Source: Longimicrobiales bacterium (GTDB taxonomy: Bacteria > Gemmatimonadota > Gemmatimonadetes > Longimicrobiales > Gaopeijiaceae). Taken from it: DNA of 64,000 bases. Positions within the stretch are counted from its first letter, which is position 1. The number at the start of each line of letters is the position of its first letter. The stretch is from assembly GCA_965219445.1 (NCBI GenBank), contig CBDCNQ010000004.1:1120001-1184000 (forward strand). The letters are read 5' to 3'. Shown piece after piece: positions 30,523-39,716 of this stretch. The position numbers and the translations under genes are program-made. The notes under the pieces are model-generated. The model saw nothing but the letters and a program-made list of their open reading frames with translations, had not been told where the DNA came from and ran no database searches.

Positions 30523-30543
30523 GCTGGCCGATCGAAATCGTCC

Positions 30544-31203
30544 CTAATTCGGCTGAGAAACGATCCGCAGATACGGCTTGGGTGCACTCCATCCCTCCGG
30601 GTACTTCTCTTCGGCCTCCTCATTGGAAACCGAGGGCACGATGATCACGTCTTCGCCCTGTTTCCAGTTGGCCGGGGTCGCGACCTGGTGGTTCGCCGTC
30701 AACTGAATCGAGTCCAGGACGCGAAGCACTTCATGGAAGTTGCGGCCCGTGGTCATAGGGTAGGTGAGCGTGAGTTTGACCTTCTTGTCTGGCCCGATCA
30801 CGAACAGCTTGCGCACGGTTTGGTTGTCGCCTGCCGTCCTCTCCCCGGCGCTTCCCTCCGCGTTGGGATGGAGCATGCCGAAGAGCTTGGCGATGCTCAG
30901 ATCGGTGTCTCCGATGAGCGGATAGCCGACCGCGTTTCCGGTGGTCTCCTCGATGTCTTTGGACCACTCGGCATGATCACCGACGGAGTCGACGCTCAAG
31001 CCGACAATCTTGCAGTTGCGCTTCTCGAACTCCGGCTGGAGGCCCGCCACCGAACCCAGCTCGGTCGTGCAGACCGGCGTGAAGTCCTTGGGATGCGAGA
31101 ACAGCACGGCCCAGCCGTCCCCGATCCAATCGTGGAAGTTGATCGTCCCTTGTGTGCTCTCAGCTGAGAAATCGGGTACCTCATCACCCAATTGTACGGA
31201 CAT
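30544..31203 (-). CDS. 1-Cys peroxiredoxin (Prx6 type)
   Basis: FSHPKDFTPVCTTEL, YPMTTGRNF and ATPANW. Confidence 0.95.
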   Translation of the reverse strand: MSVQLGDEVPDFSAESTQGTINFHDWIGDGWAVLFSHPKDFTPVCTTELGSVAGLQPEFEKRNCKIVGLSVDSVGDHAEWSKDIEETTGNAVGYPLIGDTDLSIAKLFGMLHPNAEGSAGERTAGDNQTVRKLFVIGPDKKVKLTLTYPMTTGRNFHEVLRVLDSIQLTANHQVATPANWKQGEDVIIVPSVSNEEAEEKYPEGWSAPKPYLRIVSQPN

Positions 31204-31328
31204 GGGATGTCTCCTTTTCAGATGTCTCCTTTAGACAGACCCCACTGGAACGTACGAGCGTACGACCGAGTGGAGCCTCTTGTCCAGAGGCTACACCACT
31301 TGTGCAGCGGCCACCCCACTGAAATCCC

Positions 31329-32477
31329 TCAACGGACGCGTGCCCGATAGACACTTTGGAAGCTGCCCGCCCCCACCCCCCGACAGAAATTCGCTTCGAT
31401 CGCCTCCTCCGAGCACTCGGCGAACACGTCGAGTTGGATTACTCCGGCCTGGAAATCGAGGCGTATGTATCCCCGTAACCCCGCCGCGAACCGGCTACCG
31501 TCAATGGGCCCCGCACCGGTGACCTTGCTGCCGCTGCCGGAAATGAGGTGCAGGACCGAGGAGCCCTCCTCGGATTCGTCGATGACCTGGAGCGAGTGAT
31601 CGTGCCCGGCCACGTAGATGACGGACCGCGAGGCCCGATCAAAGGCCCCGGACAGGCTATCGATAAGGGCTCGGTACCGAGGGGCGTTGAGATCCCCCCT
31701 CAACAAGCCCATGCGATTCGCCAACCACCTAGGGAAACTGGTATTCCCTCCGTGCGGCCCTCCCGTCCGCAGCGGATGGTGGCCCGCGACGATTACGGGG
31801 ACGTTCGACGCTTCGGACAGCAAGCGCTCCACTTCCCGAACCACGCCCTCCTTCGTGGAAGGGCTGCATCGCGAGGCGGCCGACGGGCCCAGCATCCACC
31901 ATGGAGTGTCCAGCAAGACGAGCGCGGCCAGAACGTCCCCACGGGAATCCTCCAGATCCTCGCGCTCGGGGCCGGGACACCCAGCCTGAGGCATGAGGCT
32001 CACGTCAGTGCCGTTACGGTTGAACCCTCTGAGCGCCTGTTCTTGGTTCACTATACGCTCGAGTCCCTCCTCCTCTCCCGTGTCGCCCCAATCGTGGTTT
32101 CCCGCTAGGAAGATTCCCTTGGCCGACGTCCCCGAGACCACCTCGACCTGCGCCTCCAGGAGCCGGAAGTCCTCGGGGTGCCCCTCCCGCAGTCCCTCGT
32201 CGTAGACGTTGTCCCCGAGAAAGACCACCGTAGTCGGAACACCACGCTCGTCGAGCGCAGCTACGGCCGTCTTCATGCGTTGAAGGACGGGGTTGTCGTC
32301 GAACTCCTCACCTCCAGCGTCCCCCACCAGGAGGAGAACCGCGTCCTGATCGTCTGACCCCTGATCGAAACACTGTGATAAGGGTGTTACGCAGTCACTG
32401 TAAAACTGATAGGTGGCGCATGTCGTCGCGACAGCCCATCCGAGGGCGAGCAAGAGCGTCCAGGCCGCCAGCCTCAC
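31329..32477 (-). CDS. Calcineurin-like metallophosphoesterase, secreted
   Basis: GDAG, LGDNVY, GNHDW, GHHP and GHDH; GTG start overlaps the upstream TGA. Confidence 0.88.
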   Translation of the reverse strand: MRLAAWTLLLALGWAVATTCATYQFYSDCVTPLSQCFDQGSDDQDAVLLLVGDAGGEEFDDNPVLQRMKTAVAALDERGVPTTVVFLGDNVYDEGLREGHPEDFRLLEAQVEVVSGTSAKGIFLAGNHDWGDTGEEEGLERIVNQEQALRGFNRNGTDVSLMPQAGCPGPEREDLEDSRGDVLAALVLLDTPWWMLGPSAASRCSPSTKEGVVREVERLLSEASNVPVIVAGHHPLRTGGPHGGNTSFPRWLANRMGLLRGDLNAPRYRALIDSLSGAFDRASRSVIYVAGHDHSLQVIDESEEGSSVLHLISGSGSKVTGAGPIDGSRFAAGLRGYIRLDFQAGVIQLDVFAECSEEAIEANFCRGVGAGSFQSVYRARVR

Positions 32478-32695
32478 CGTCCTTCCGCCCAGGCCTCCCT
32501 GTTCGCCTCCAGCAGCGACACGATGATCACGTCGTCGTCCATCGTGGATGTACCGGACGCGCATGCGCCCAGCATTGCCAGAGCCGCAAGACCACCCAGC
32601 ACCGGTAAAGCCCGTGCGGCGGCGAGCCGCCCTGGGCCGAGCCCCGAGGTCCGGCACCTTGGGCCGACATGCGGCGACCTGAACGGACGAGACAT
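32474..32695 (-). CDS. Short lipoprotein-like ORF, possible remnant of a longer gene
   Basis: Lipobox LGAC followed by only ~28 residues; its TGA overlaps the downstream GTG. Confidence 0.4.
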   Translation of the reverse strand: MSRPFRSPHVGPRCRTSGLGPGRLAAARALPVLGGLAALAMLGACASGTSTMDDDVIIVSLLEANREAWAEGR

Positions 32696-32883
32696 ATCGA
32701 ATCTCCCTGAGGTCGAAGCGTCGGATGAAGGGATCTTATCCCAGGAAAACATTGGAAGGTCCAAGGACGCCTATACCCGCCCCATCTAGCTCCCACCCTT
32801 CGGCGGTGCAAGATCATGTAGCGCACCGTCCGGAGAGCGGATAGTCTTGGCCACCCTACTTCGCAACCCTGGAGAAAGAACCT

Positions 32884-33957
32884 ATGAAATACCGCCCCCT
32901 CGCCAACACCGGTGTTTTCGTATCGGAGCTGTGCCTCGGCGCCATGACCTTCGGCAGCCAGTGGGAGATGATCGGCGCCCTCAATCAGAAAGACGCCGAC
33001 GGGCTCGTGCATCGCTCGCTCGACGAGGGGATCAACTTCTTCGACACGGCCGACGTCTACTCGACCGGTGAGTCCGAAGAGATTCTCGGTCGGTCGTTGA
33101 AGGGCAAGCGTCACGACGTCGTGATCGCCACCAAGGTGCGCGGCCGCATGGGTCCCGGCGCGAACGAGGTCGGACTCTCGCGGCTGCACATCATGCAGGC
33201 CGCCGAAGCGAGTCTGAAACGTCTTGGCACCGACTACATCGACCTCTATCAGATCCACCGATCCGATCCCGAAACCGAGATCGAAGAGACGCTTATCGCG
33301 CTGACTGATCTCGTCCGGGCCGGCAAGGTCCGCTACATCGGGTGCTCCAACATGGAGGCGTGGCAGTTGATGCAGGCGCTGGGAATTTCGGAGCAGCGCG
33401 GCCTCGAGGCGTTCAAGTGTACCCAGTCCTATTACTCGTTGGCCGGACGGGAGTTGGAACAGCAGACCATTCCGCTGATCCAGGACCAGGGGCTCGGCCT
33501 CCTGGTCTGGAGCCCGCTCGCCGGCGGATTTCTTTCCGGAAAATTCACGCGAGAGGGCGGCCCGGAGGGCACGCGCCGAGCCACCTTCGACTTTCCGCCG
33601 ATAGACAAGGAGCAGGGCTTCGACATCGTGGATGTGATGCGGCCCATTGCTGAGACCCACGGCGCCTCCGTCGCCCGGGTGGCGCTCGCTTGGCTGCTCC
33701 ACAAGGAAGCCGTGACCAGTGTGATCATTGGGGCAAGACGGATGGACCAACTCGAGGACAACTTCGGATCGGTCGATCTGACACTCACCGCCGAAGAGGT
33801 CGAGCGACTCGACGAAGTGAGCAAGATCCCTCTGGGATATCCTGCGTGGATGGGCGCGCTCGGAGACGACCGGCGGCCGGGAGAATCGCGTGACCTCGCG
33901 CGGCTGTTGGGGAACGAGGAGGAAGCGGTGAAGGAGGCGGAAGCGGGGGCGGAGTAA
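32884..33957 (+). CDS. Aldo/keto reductase
   Basis: LCLGAMTFG, FFDTADVY, SLKRLGTDYIDLYQIH and WSPLAGG. Confidence 0.95.
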   Translation: MKYRPLANTGVFVSELCLGAMTFGSQWEMIGALNQKDADGLVHRSLDEGINFFDTADVYSTGESEEILGRSLKGKRHDVVIATKVRGRMGPGANEVGLSRLHIMQAAEASLKRLGTDYIDLYQIHRSDPETEIEETLIALTDLVRAGKVRYIGCSNMEAWQLMQALGISEQRGLEAFKCTQSYYSLAGRELEQQTIPLIQDQGLGLLVWSPLAGGFLSGKFTREGGPEGTRRATFDFPPIDKEQGFDIVDVMRPIAETHGASVARVALAWLLHKEAVTSVIIGARRMDQLEDNFGSVDLTLTAEEVERLDEVSKIPLGYPAWMGALGDDRRPGESRDLARLLGNEEEAVKEAEAGAE

Positions 33958-34093
33958 CATCCTCTAGCTTGGCACGCGCGATGCCACGACGAACTCGGTC
34001 TGTGAGCAGGGATCGAGTTGCCAGGTTCCCGATCCGCTCGGTACTCTCACCGTCGGCTTCTTCTGGTATACCTGCAAATAAGAGGGGACCACC

Positions 34094-34888
34094 ATGTCAA
34101 TCCGTACTTCCCCACGCCATGTGGCGATGCTCCTGGCCCTCTGCACGGTTGCAGTGGTTGCCTCGGCCGTGCAACAAGCTCATGCCCAGACTCTGGTCGA
34201 GTCCAGCGCTGAAGCACGGTTTCAACTGGATCTCGAGGTGCCCCAGGCGGTGCTCATGCGATTTCTTCCATCGGGCTGGACGACCAACGTTTCCACTCGG
34301 GGAGCGGCTATGGACGCGAACCTCCGTGCCATCTTCATCGAGCGCATGACGATCAACGGGCCCGACGGGAGTCCCTTGGGGGACGGCTCGAACCTGCTGG
34401 TCTATCTCACCGTTCCGGTGACGAATCCGGAGGGAGACAACGTCCAACTCGTCATCGGTGGCATCACGGAGGACCCGGCCGACGCACCTGGGCCCTTTGG
34501 CGTCTATCTGCCGGCGACCACACATACCTTGAAACGCACAACAACCAGCGGATCGGGCCCCATCATCGAGACGCAGGATTGGGTCTTTGCCGCGGCGACG
34601 GGTGAGCATTTGGAGATGCACATCACGTTCGAGCGGGGTGTGGGGAACAGTCGCCCCGCAAGGGACAGGCTGTTTTACTCGGCAAAGAACCCGGATTTCT
34701 ATCAGATCTCCAGGTCACGGCAAGTTCTGGATATCTTACGAAACGTGACGACGACACCACGCGACCGGGTCCGGGAGTTCTCGTTCACGGCCGGGGGCGG
34801 TAGCTACGCAGGGCTGTTCGACGGCACCGAGAGGCTCTTGAGCTGGGACAACATCGTGTGGCTGAACCAGGAAGTGCTTCTGCCGTAA
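34094..34888 (+). CDS. Secreted hypothetical protein
   Basis: GAGGGG RBS, signal peptide ending AHA, beta-rich mature region. Confidence 0.7.
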   Translation: MSIRTSPRHVAMLLALCTVAVVASAVQQAHAQTLVESSAEARFQLDLEVPQAVLMRFLPSGWTTNVSTRGAAMDANLRAIFIERMTINGPDGSPLGDGSNLLVYLTVPVTNPEGDNVQLVIGGITEDPADAPGPFGVYLPATTHTLKRTTTSGSGPIIETQDWVFAAATGEHLEMHITFERGVGNSRPARDRLFYSAKNPDFYQISRSRQVLDILRNVTTTPRDRVREFSFTAGGGSYAGLFDGTERLLSWDNIVWLNQEVLLP

Positions 34889-34926
34889 CTTGCGCCCGCT
34901 TTGGCCGACAATTGATGGGGAGGGAA

Positions 34927-36522
34927 ATGAGCTTCATTGGAAGACTTGGCGTCTTCGTGCTTCTTTGCATGACGTCCGCGTGTCGGCAGAGCTCCGGAGA
35001 AGCCTCGGTGAGCGAGCCCACTCTGGCGATTCTCATGGTGGTCGATCAGCTCCGACCCGATCTCCTCGAGCGGTATGACGCTCTCTTCGTGGGAGGTTTC
35101 CGGAGGCTCCTGGACGAGGGCTATCACTTCACAAACGCGACCCACGACCATTCGTTGACAGAGACGGGTCCCGGACACACATCGCTGGCCACCGGGGTCC
35201 ATCCGACTCGCCACGGGATCGTGGGGAACTCGTGGTCTGAGTTCATTGAGGGCGAGTGGCGCCGAATCTACTCGATGGAGGATCTGAATAGTCCGATTCT
35301 GGGAAATCCAGAGCTTCGAGGACGGTCCTCGGCGAACATCGGCCGTCGAGGTCTTCCGGACTGGATCGTGGACCATGATCCGCGGTCACGCGTGGTGTCG
35401 ATCTCCAGGAAGGATCGCGCGGCGATCGGGATGGCGGCGAAGGCCGTAGGGGAGGTCTACTGGCTCACCGACCGAGGCAGCGAGTTCATCACCTCCGACT
35501 TTTACCACTCCGAGTACCCGGCTTGGGTAGCGGAATTCAACGCGACCACCATGCCGCTCCTCTACTCCGACACGATATGGGAGAGCAGACTTCCGCCTGA
35601 AGCCCTGTCTCTGAGTCGTCCGGACACCTCGCGATTCGAGTTGGATGGGGTTCATAGCGCCTTTCCCCATCTAGCGAGCGAGACCGTGGATGCCACTGAT
35701 CCAGGTGCGTTGAATTACTGGAGGTTCCGGTTTACTCCGTTCCCGGACCGAGCAGTGCTCTCCCTTGCTTCCCAAGCCATTCGGGAACTCCGGCTAGGAC
35801 AGCGAGAAAGTGTGGACTACTTGGGAATCTCCCTTTCTCAGACGGATCTCATGGGGCACATCTTCGGACCCCACAGCCGAGAGCAGCTCGATAACCTTCT
35901 CAGGCTCGATTTGGAGCTGGACCGGTTCTTCTCACTGCTCGATGAGACTGTCGGTGCGGGGGGCTGGGTCGTTGCGGTTTCCGCAGACCATGGCGTTATG
36001 GAGATTCCGGAACATCTCGTCGAGAGGGGAATCGACGCCACGCGGATCAGCCGGGGAGAACGCAGGGACCTACGGGAGTACATTCAACGGACGGTCGACG
36101 GCCTGGGTGAGGACGACGTTCAAGAAGACGCGGTAAAGGAGGCTCTCATGGCGTGGCCGCACGTCGCTGCCGCCTACACCTTCTCCGAGGTGGAGAACGG
36201 AGTGCCGGCTGATTCGTTCCAGGTGTTTTTCGCTCACTCCCACTCGAGGACCCGGGTTGTGCCCCCGGCTGGGTCGGCCGGTGTCTACGTGCGCTTCGAG
36301 CCGAATGTGCTTGCCTTGAGCAGGAACTCAGCAAGCCACGGCACCCCGTATTACTATGACCGCCACGTCCCCGTGATCTTTTTCGGAGGAGCGATCGGGC
36401 CCGGCGTGTCGAACGATCCGGTTGCGACGGTGGATGTCGCTCCGACGCTCGCTCGGCTCATCGGCACGCCAGCCCCGGACGACCTCGACGGCAGAGTGTT
36501 GGAGAGCGTGCTCGATCACTAG
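34927..36522 (+). CDS. Alkaline phosphatase superfamily protein (PafA/NPP type)
   Basis: VVDQLR, TGPGH, SRKDRAA, DLMGH, ADHG and HGTPYYYD. Confidence 0.88.
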   Translation: MSFIGRLGVFVLLCMTSACRQSSGEASVSEPTLAILMVVDQLRPDLLERYDALFVGGFRRLLDEGYHFTNATHDHSLTETGPGHTSLATGVHPTRHGIVGNSWSEFIEGEWRRIYSMEDLNSPILGNPELRGRSSANIGRRGLPDWIVDHDPRSRVVSISRKDRAAIGMAAKAVGEVYWLTDRGSEFITSDFYHSEYPAWVAEFNATTMPLLYSDTIWESRLPPEALSLSRPDTSRFELDGVHSAFPHLASETVDATDPGALNYWRFRFTPFPDRAVLSLASQAIRELRLGQRESVDYLGISLSQTDLMGHIFGPHSREQLDNLLRLDLELDRFFSLLDETVGAGGWVVAVSADHGVMEIPEHLVERGIDATRISRGERRDLREYIQRTVDGLGEDDVQEDAVKEALMAWPHVAAAYTFSEVENGVPADSFQVFFAHSHSRTRVVPPAGSAGVYVRFEPNVLALSRNSASHGTPYYYDRHVPVIFFGGAIGPGVSNDPVATVDVAPTLARLIGTPAPDDLDGRVLESVLDH

Positions 36523-36564
36523 CTGGGATCGGGATGCACGGGCTTCACGACCCGAGTAGGGGCC

Positions 36565-38076
36565 TCACTCCACCCACGAAAGAACCTCCTCGAACGTCTC
36601 CACGGAGATTCCGAGCGCCAACTGGTCGACCAGAGCGCGCTGGACTCGGCTCCACTCCGCATCCCATTCGTCGTAGTCGAAGAGGCGGGCATTTCGGTTG
36701 TTCAGCTGGAGCTGCCACGGGTCTCCGTCGAACTCGCCCTCGCGAAACGACCCTTCCTGATGTGCAGTGATGGTGAATTCCGCCACAGCCCGGCCGTCCA
36801 GGTTCATGAGGAGTACCTCCGCCTCGGCCCGCACGACACGCTCCCCCGAAATGATCCGGTAGGTCACCGTGTCACCGATCTCGTACGTGACCCTTCTCTG
36901 GCTCGAGGTTCTGCTCGAATTCTGATCGGAGTTCCGGCCTCCGCCCCAACCGCGGCCTCGGCACTCGTCCCGGTCCAGTCCGACCCCACGACCTCGGTCC
37001 TGCCCACGGCCCGGTCCGACACATTCGTCACGGGTCGCATCTCGATCCCGATCCCGACTCCGATCCACATTCTGCCTGCGGATCACAGCGGTGCGCTCTT
37101 CGACCCTGAAGTCCTCGTCCGAGATCCTGATCGAGGTGACTTCGACCATGACGCCGTAGTCCGCACCGATGAGGTTCAGGGCCCGCCCGACCAAGGCCGG
37201 GGACTGTGGAATCCGCCCGCGCAGCAGCCCGCGAAGTTCCCGCCTTAGAATGTTGGCGTCCGCCATTTGCACGAACGGCGGTGCGTCCCGCCAATACCCG
37301 GTCTCCATGCCCTCGTCGAGTTCGATCTCGAGCTCGCTACCGACTATGTCACGCACCCGGCCGGTCGCGGACACGGGTAGAGCAGCGACGACCACCGTCC
37401 CCATCTCCAACGCCCGATCCTGAAGATCACGCACTTCCAGGACGATCGCCCGAGGTGTCGAACGGCGTACGGACAGAGCCCGCTCGGCGATGCCGTACGC
37501 GGCTCTTGGCCTTCGGTCTCCTAGCTCGACCTCAGCCCAGTCGATGAGGACGCGCGTTTGGGCGTCCAAAGACGCCTCCCTTTGGTCCCGCGACGGCGAG
37601 AACTCGCCCCGCGCGGAAGCGAAAGCCCGGACGGCGTTCCGCCATCGACCCTCACGCGAGGCGTCCTCACCCTCGGCCATATACCACTCGATAGCCCGGT
37701 CGTATGCCGTCCGGCGAGCCACCCGGTAATCCGCGGGTTCCGTGAGCCGCATCCCGACCGAGCGCACACGTGACATGAGTCGATCGATCGCCTGGAACTG
37801 CCCAGCAGCCGCGACGAGCTCACCCCGGCCATCGAGACGATCGGCTTCCTCCAAAGCGAGCATCACGGCCGAATCGCCCACGATCAGCAGCTGGTCCCTC
37901 GCCTCCTGAAGTGCTGGGTCTTTCTCCACCGCGTCCGCATACCGATACGCGGCCTCCATATACCGACCCTGGGCCTGAAGGTCGATGCCCTCGTTGAAAC
38001 GGTCCTCTGCAGACGCGCAAGCCGTCGCGAGGAGTATCGGCGATACGAGAAGCAAGCGTCTGAGCGTCGTGGCCAT
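36565..38076 (-). CDS. TPR-like helical lipoprotein, unknown function
   Basis: Lipobox ATAC, helical repeats and an R/G/D-rich insertion. Confidence 0.7.
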   Translation of the reverse strand: MATTLRRLLLVSPILLATACASAEDRFNEGIDLQAQGRYMEAAYRYADAVEKDPALQEARDQLLIVGDSAVMLALEEADRLDGRGELVAAAGQFQAIDRLMSRVRSVGMRLTEPADYRVARRTAYDRAIEWYMAEGEDASREGRWRNAVRAFASARGEFSPSRDQREASLDAQTRVLIDWAEVELGDRRPRAAYGIAERALSVRRSTPRAIVLEVRDLQDRALEMGTVVVAALPVSATGRVRDIVGSELEIELDEGMETGYWRDAPPFVQMADANILRRELRGLLRGRIPQSPALVGRALNLIGADYGVMVEVTSIRISDEDFRVEERTAVIRRQNVDRSRDRDRDATRDECVGPGRGQDRGRGVGLDRDECRGRGWGGGRNSDQNSSRTSSQRRVTYEIGDTVTYRIISGERVVRAEAEVLLMNLDGRAVAEFTITAHQEGSFREGEFDGDPWQLQLNNRNARLFDYDEWDAEWSRVQRALVDQLALGISVETFEEVLSWVE

Positions 38077-38295
38077 AGTCGATCTCTCTTTAGCCGGTAG
38101 AAATAATCGTCTGCGATTTGGTCTCCCCTCTAGTCTCGGAGTCCAGCACGGGCAGCGCAACGATTTTTCCTACCCCCACGACCCTCGTCCGTCACAACCT
38201 CCGCCCCCCGCTCGTTATCCCATTGGACGGGGGTGGCGAGGCCCTTGCCCCGGGTAGAGTGCTCGGGTCTAATCCCTACGAAGGAATGACGCCCC

Positions 38296-38841
38296 GTGCG
38301 AGCCGAGCGTCACGCTACTTTCGGGGATCCGAGCCGCGTGAATTTTGAAGCGACATTCGAGGAGCTGTACCCGAGCCTCTTCCGGTATTGCCACCGATTG
38401 ACCGGCGATCCGGATCTGGCCGACGACCTCGCCCAGGAGGCGTTCGTGCGGCTGTACGACCGTCGGGTGAAGGGGACAGACGAAGGATTGCGGGCATGGC
38501 TCTTTCGTACGGCCACGCACCTGGTGCGGGATCGGCACCGGGTAAATGAGAACCGACGGAGGCTTCTCGAAGCCTATCCGGTCGAACCGGGCACCTCAGA
38601 GCCGGCCGACGAGGCGGTGCAACGACGAGAGAAGGTGGCCCCCGTGCGCGACGCACTGGCACACCTCAGCGAACGAGAACGGGAGATGCTGCTCATGCGG
38701 CACGCAGGCTTCAGCTATCGCGAGGTCGCTGAAGCAGTCGAGGTCGCGCCGAGCTCGGTGGGCACGCTGTTGGCGCGTGCCGAAAGGAATTTCGTGAATG
38801 TCTATAAGCCTCCAGGGGAGAGTGATGACGCATCCCGATGA
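38296..38841 (+). CDS. ECF RNA polymerase sigma factor
   Basis: DDLAQEAF, AWLF and GFSYREVAE region 4. Confidence 0.9.
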   Translation: MRAERHATFGDPSRVNFEATFEELYPSLFRYCHRLTGDPDLADDLAQEAFVRLYDRRVKGTDEGLRAWLFRTATHLVRDRHRVNENRRRLLEAYPVEPGTSEPADEAVQRREKVAPVRDALAHLSEREREMLLMRHAGFSYREVAEAVEVAPSSVGTLLARAERNFVNVYKPPGESDDASR

Positions 38842-39679
38842 CGGACGGCTTCGTGCCCTGATCGACGAGGAGTTGGCCGACGCGGACGCGAGGGCCGTGC
38901 GGCTGCACCTGGAGGACTGTGAGGCCTGCCGGAGCCGGATGGCCGAGCTCGAACGGCGCGCCGTGCTGGTCAGCCGGGCACTGGAGCAGCTCGACACGGC
39001 TGCACCGACCTCCGCAGCGCGTGACGCTGTGCTCGAACGCATCGGGTCGTCGCCCCGTGGGGAGCGGGTCGGCCCCATCTGGCAAGTCACTCCCGTGGAG
39101 GGACCCAGGTCGGAGAGCCGTGCGAGACCGTTCCGCACACCGCTCGCCCGCGCCGCCGTGCTGGTGCTGCTGCTCGGCGCCGGTGTCGTAACGGCACTGC
39201 CGGCCTCACCTGTACGGGGATGGATCGTCGCCGGTTGGGCCCGGACCATCGATCTCTTAGATTCCCCCGACAATGCGGGGACGCCGGTCGGTCCCAGCGA
39301 CGCCACCCTCCCGACTCCGGACGGAAACGTTGGGGCCCAGGACGGCACGCTCGCGGGAGTTCGACTCGATGCCCCCGGAGAAGAAATCTCGATCGAGCTT
39401 CGCGGGATGGGCTCCGGCGGTTTGATCGTGGTGCGTATCGTCCCGGGTGGAGAGGCCGGCGCTTTCGCCGACGACCCGGCCACCTTCCGGACCGGCGAGG
39501 GCCGCATTGAGGTTTTGGACGCGGCAGACCTTGTCTTCGTGGATATCCCTCAGGACGCCGCTGCCGCATCGATTGAGGTGAACGGTGGTATATACCTCAG
39601 AAAGGAAGGCGACCAGATCGACGTGACTGGTCCCGTCGAGGCGAGAACGGCGGAGGAAATCCACCTGAGGGTTCGATAG
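38825..39679 (+). CDS. Zinc-finger (zf-HC2) anti-sigma factor
   Basis: HLEDCEAC (HxxxCxxC), one TM segment, overlaps the sigma gene. Confidence 0.85.
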   Translation: MTHPDDGRLRALIDEELADADARAVRLHLEDCEACRSRMAELERRAVLVSRALEQLDTAAPTSAARDAVLERIGSSPRGERVGPIWQVTPVEGPRSESRARPFRTPLARAAVLVLLLGAGVVTALPASPVRGWIVAGWARTIDLLDSPDNAGTPVGPSDATLPTPDGNVGAQDGTLAGVRLDAPGEEISIELRGMGSGGLIVVRIVPGGEAGAFADDPATFRTGEGRIEVLDAADLVFVDIPQDAAAASIEVNGGIYLRKEGDQIDVTGPVEARTAEEIHLRVR

Positions 39680-39716
39680 CCTGCGGGATTGAACCTGGAG
39701 GAATCCTGGTAGACCA

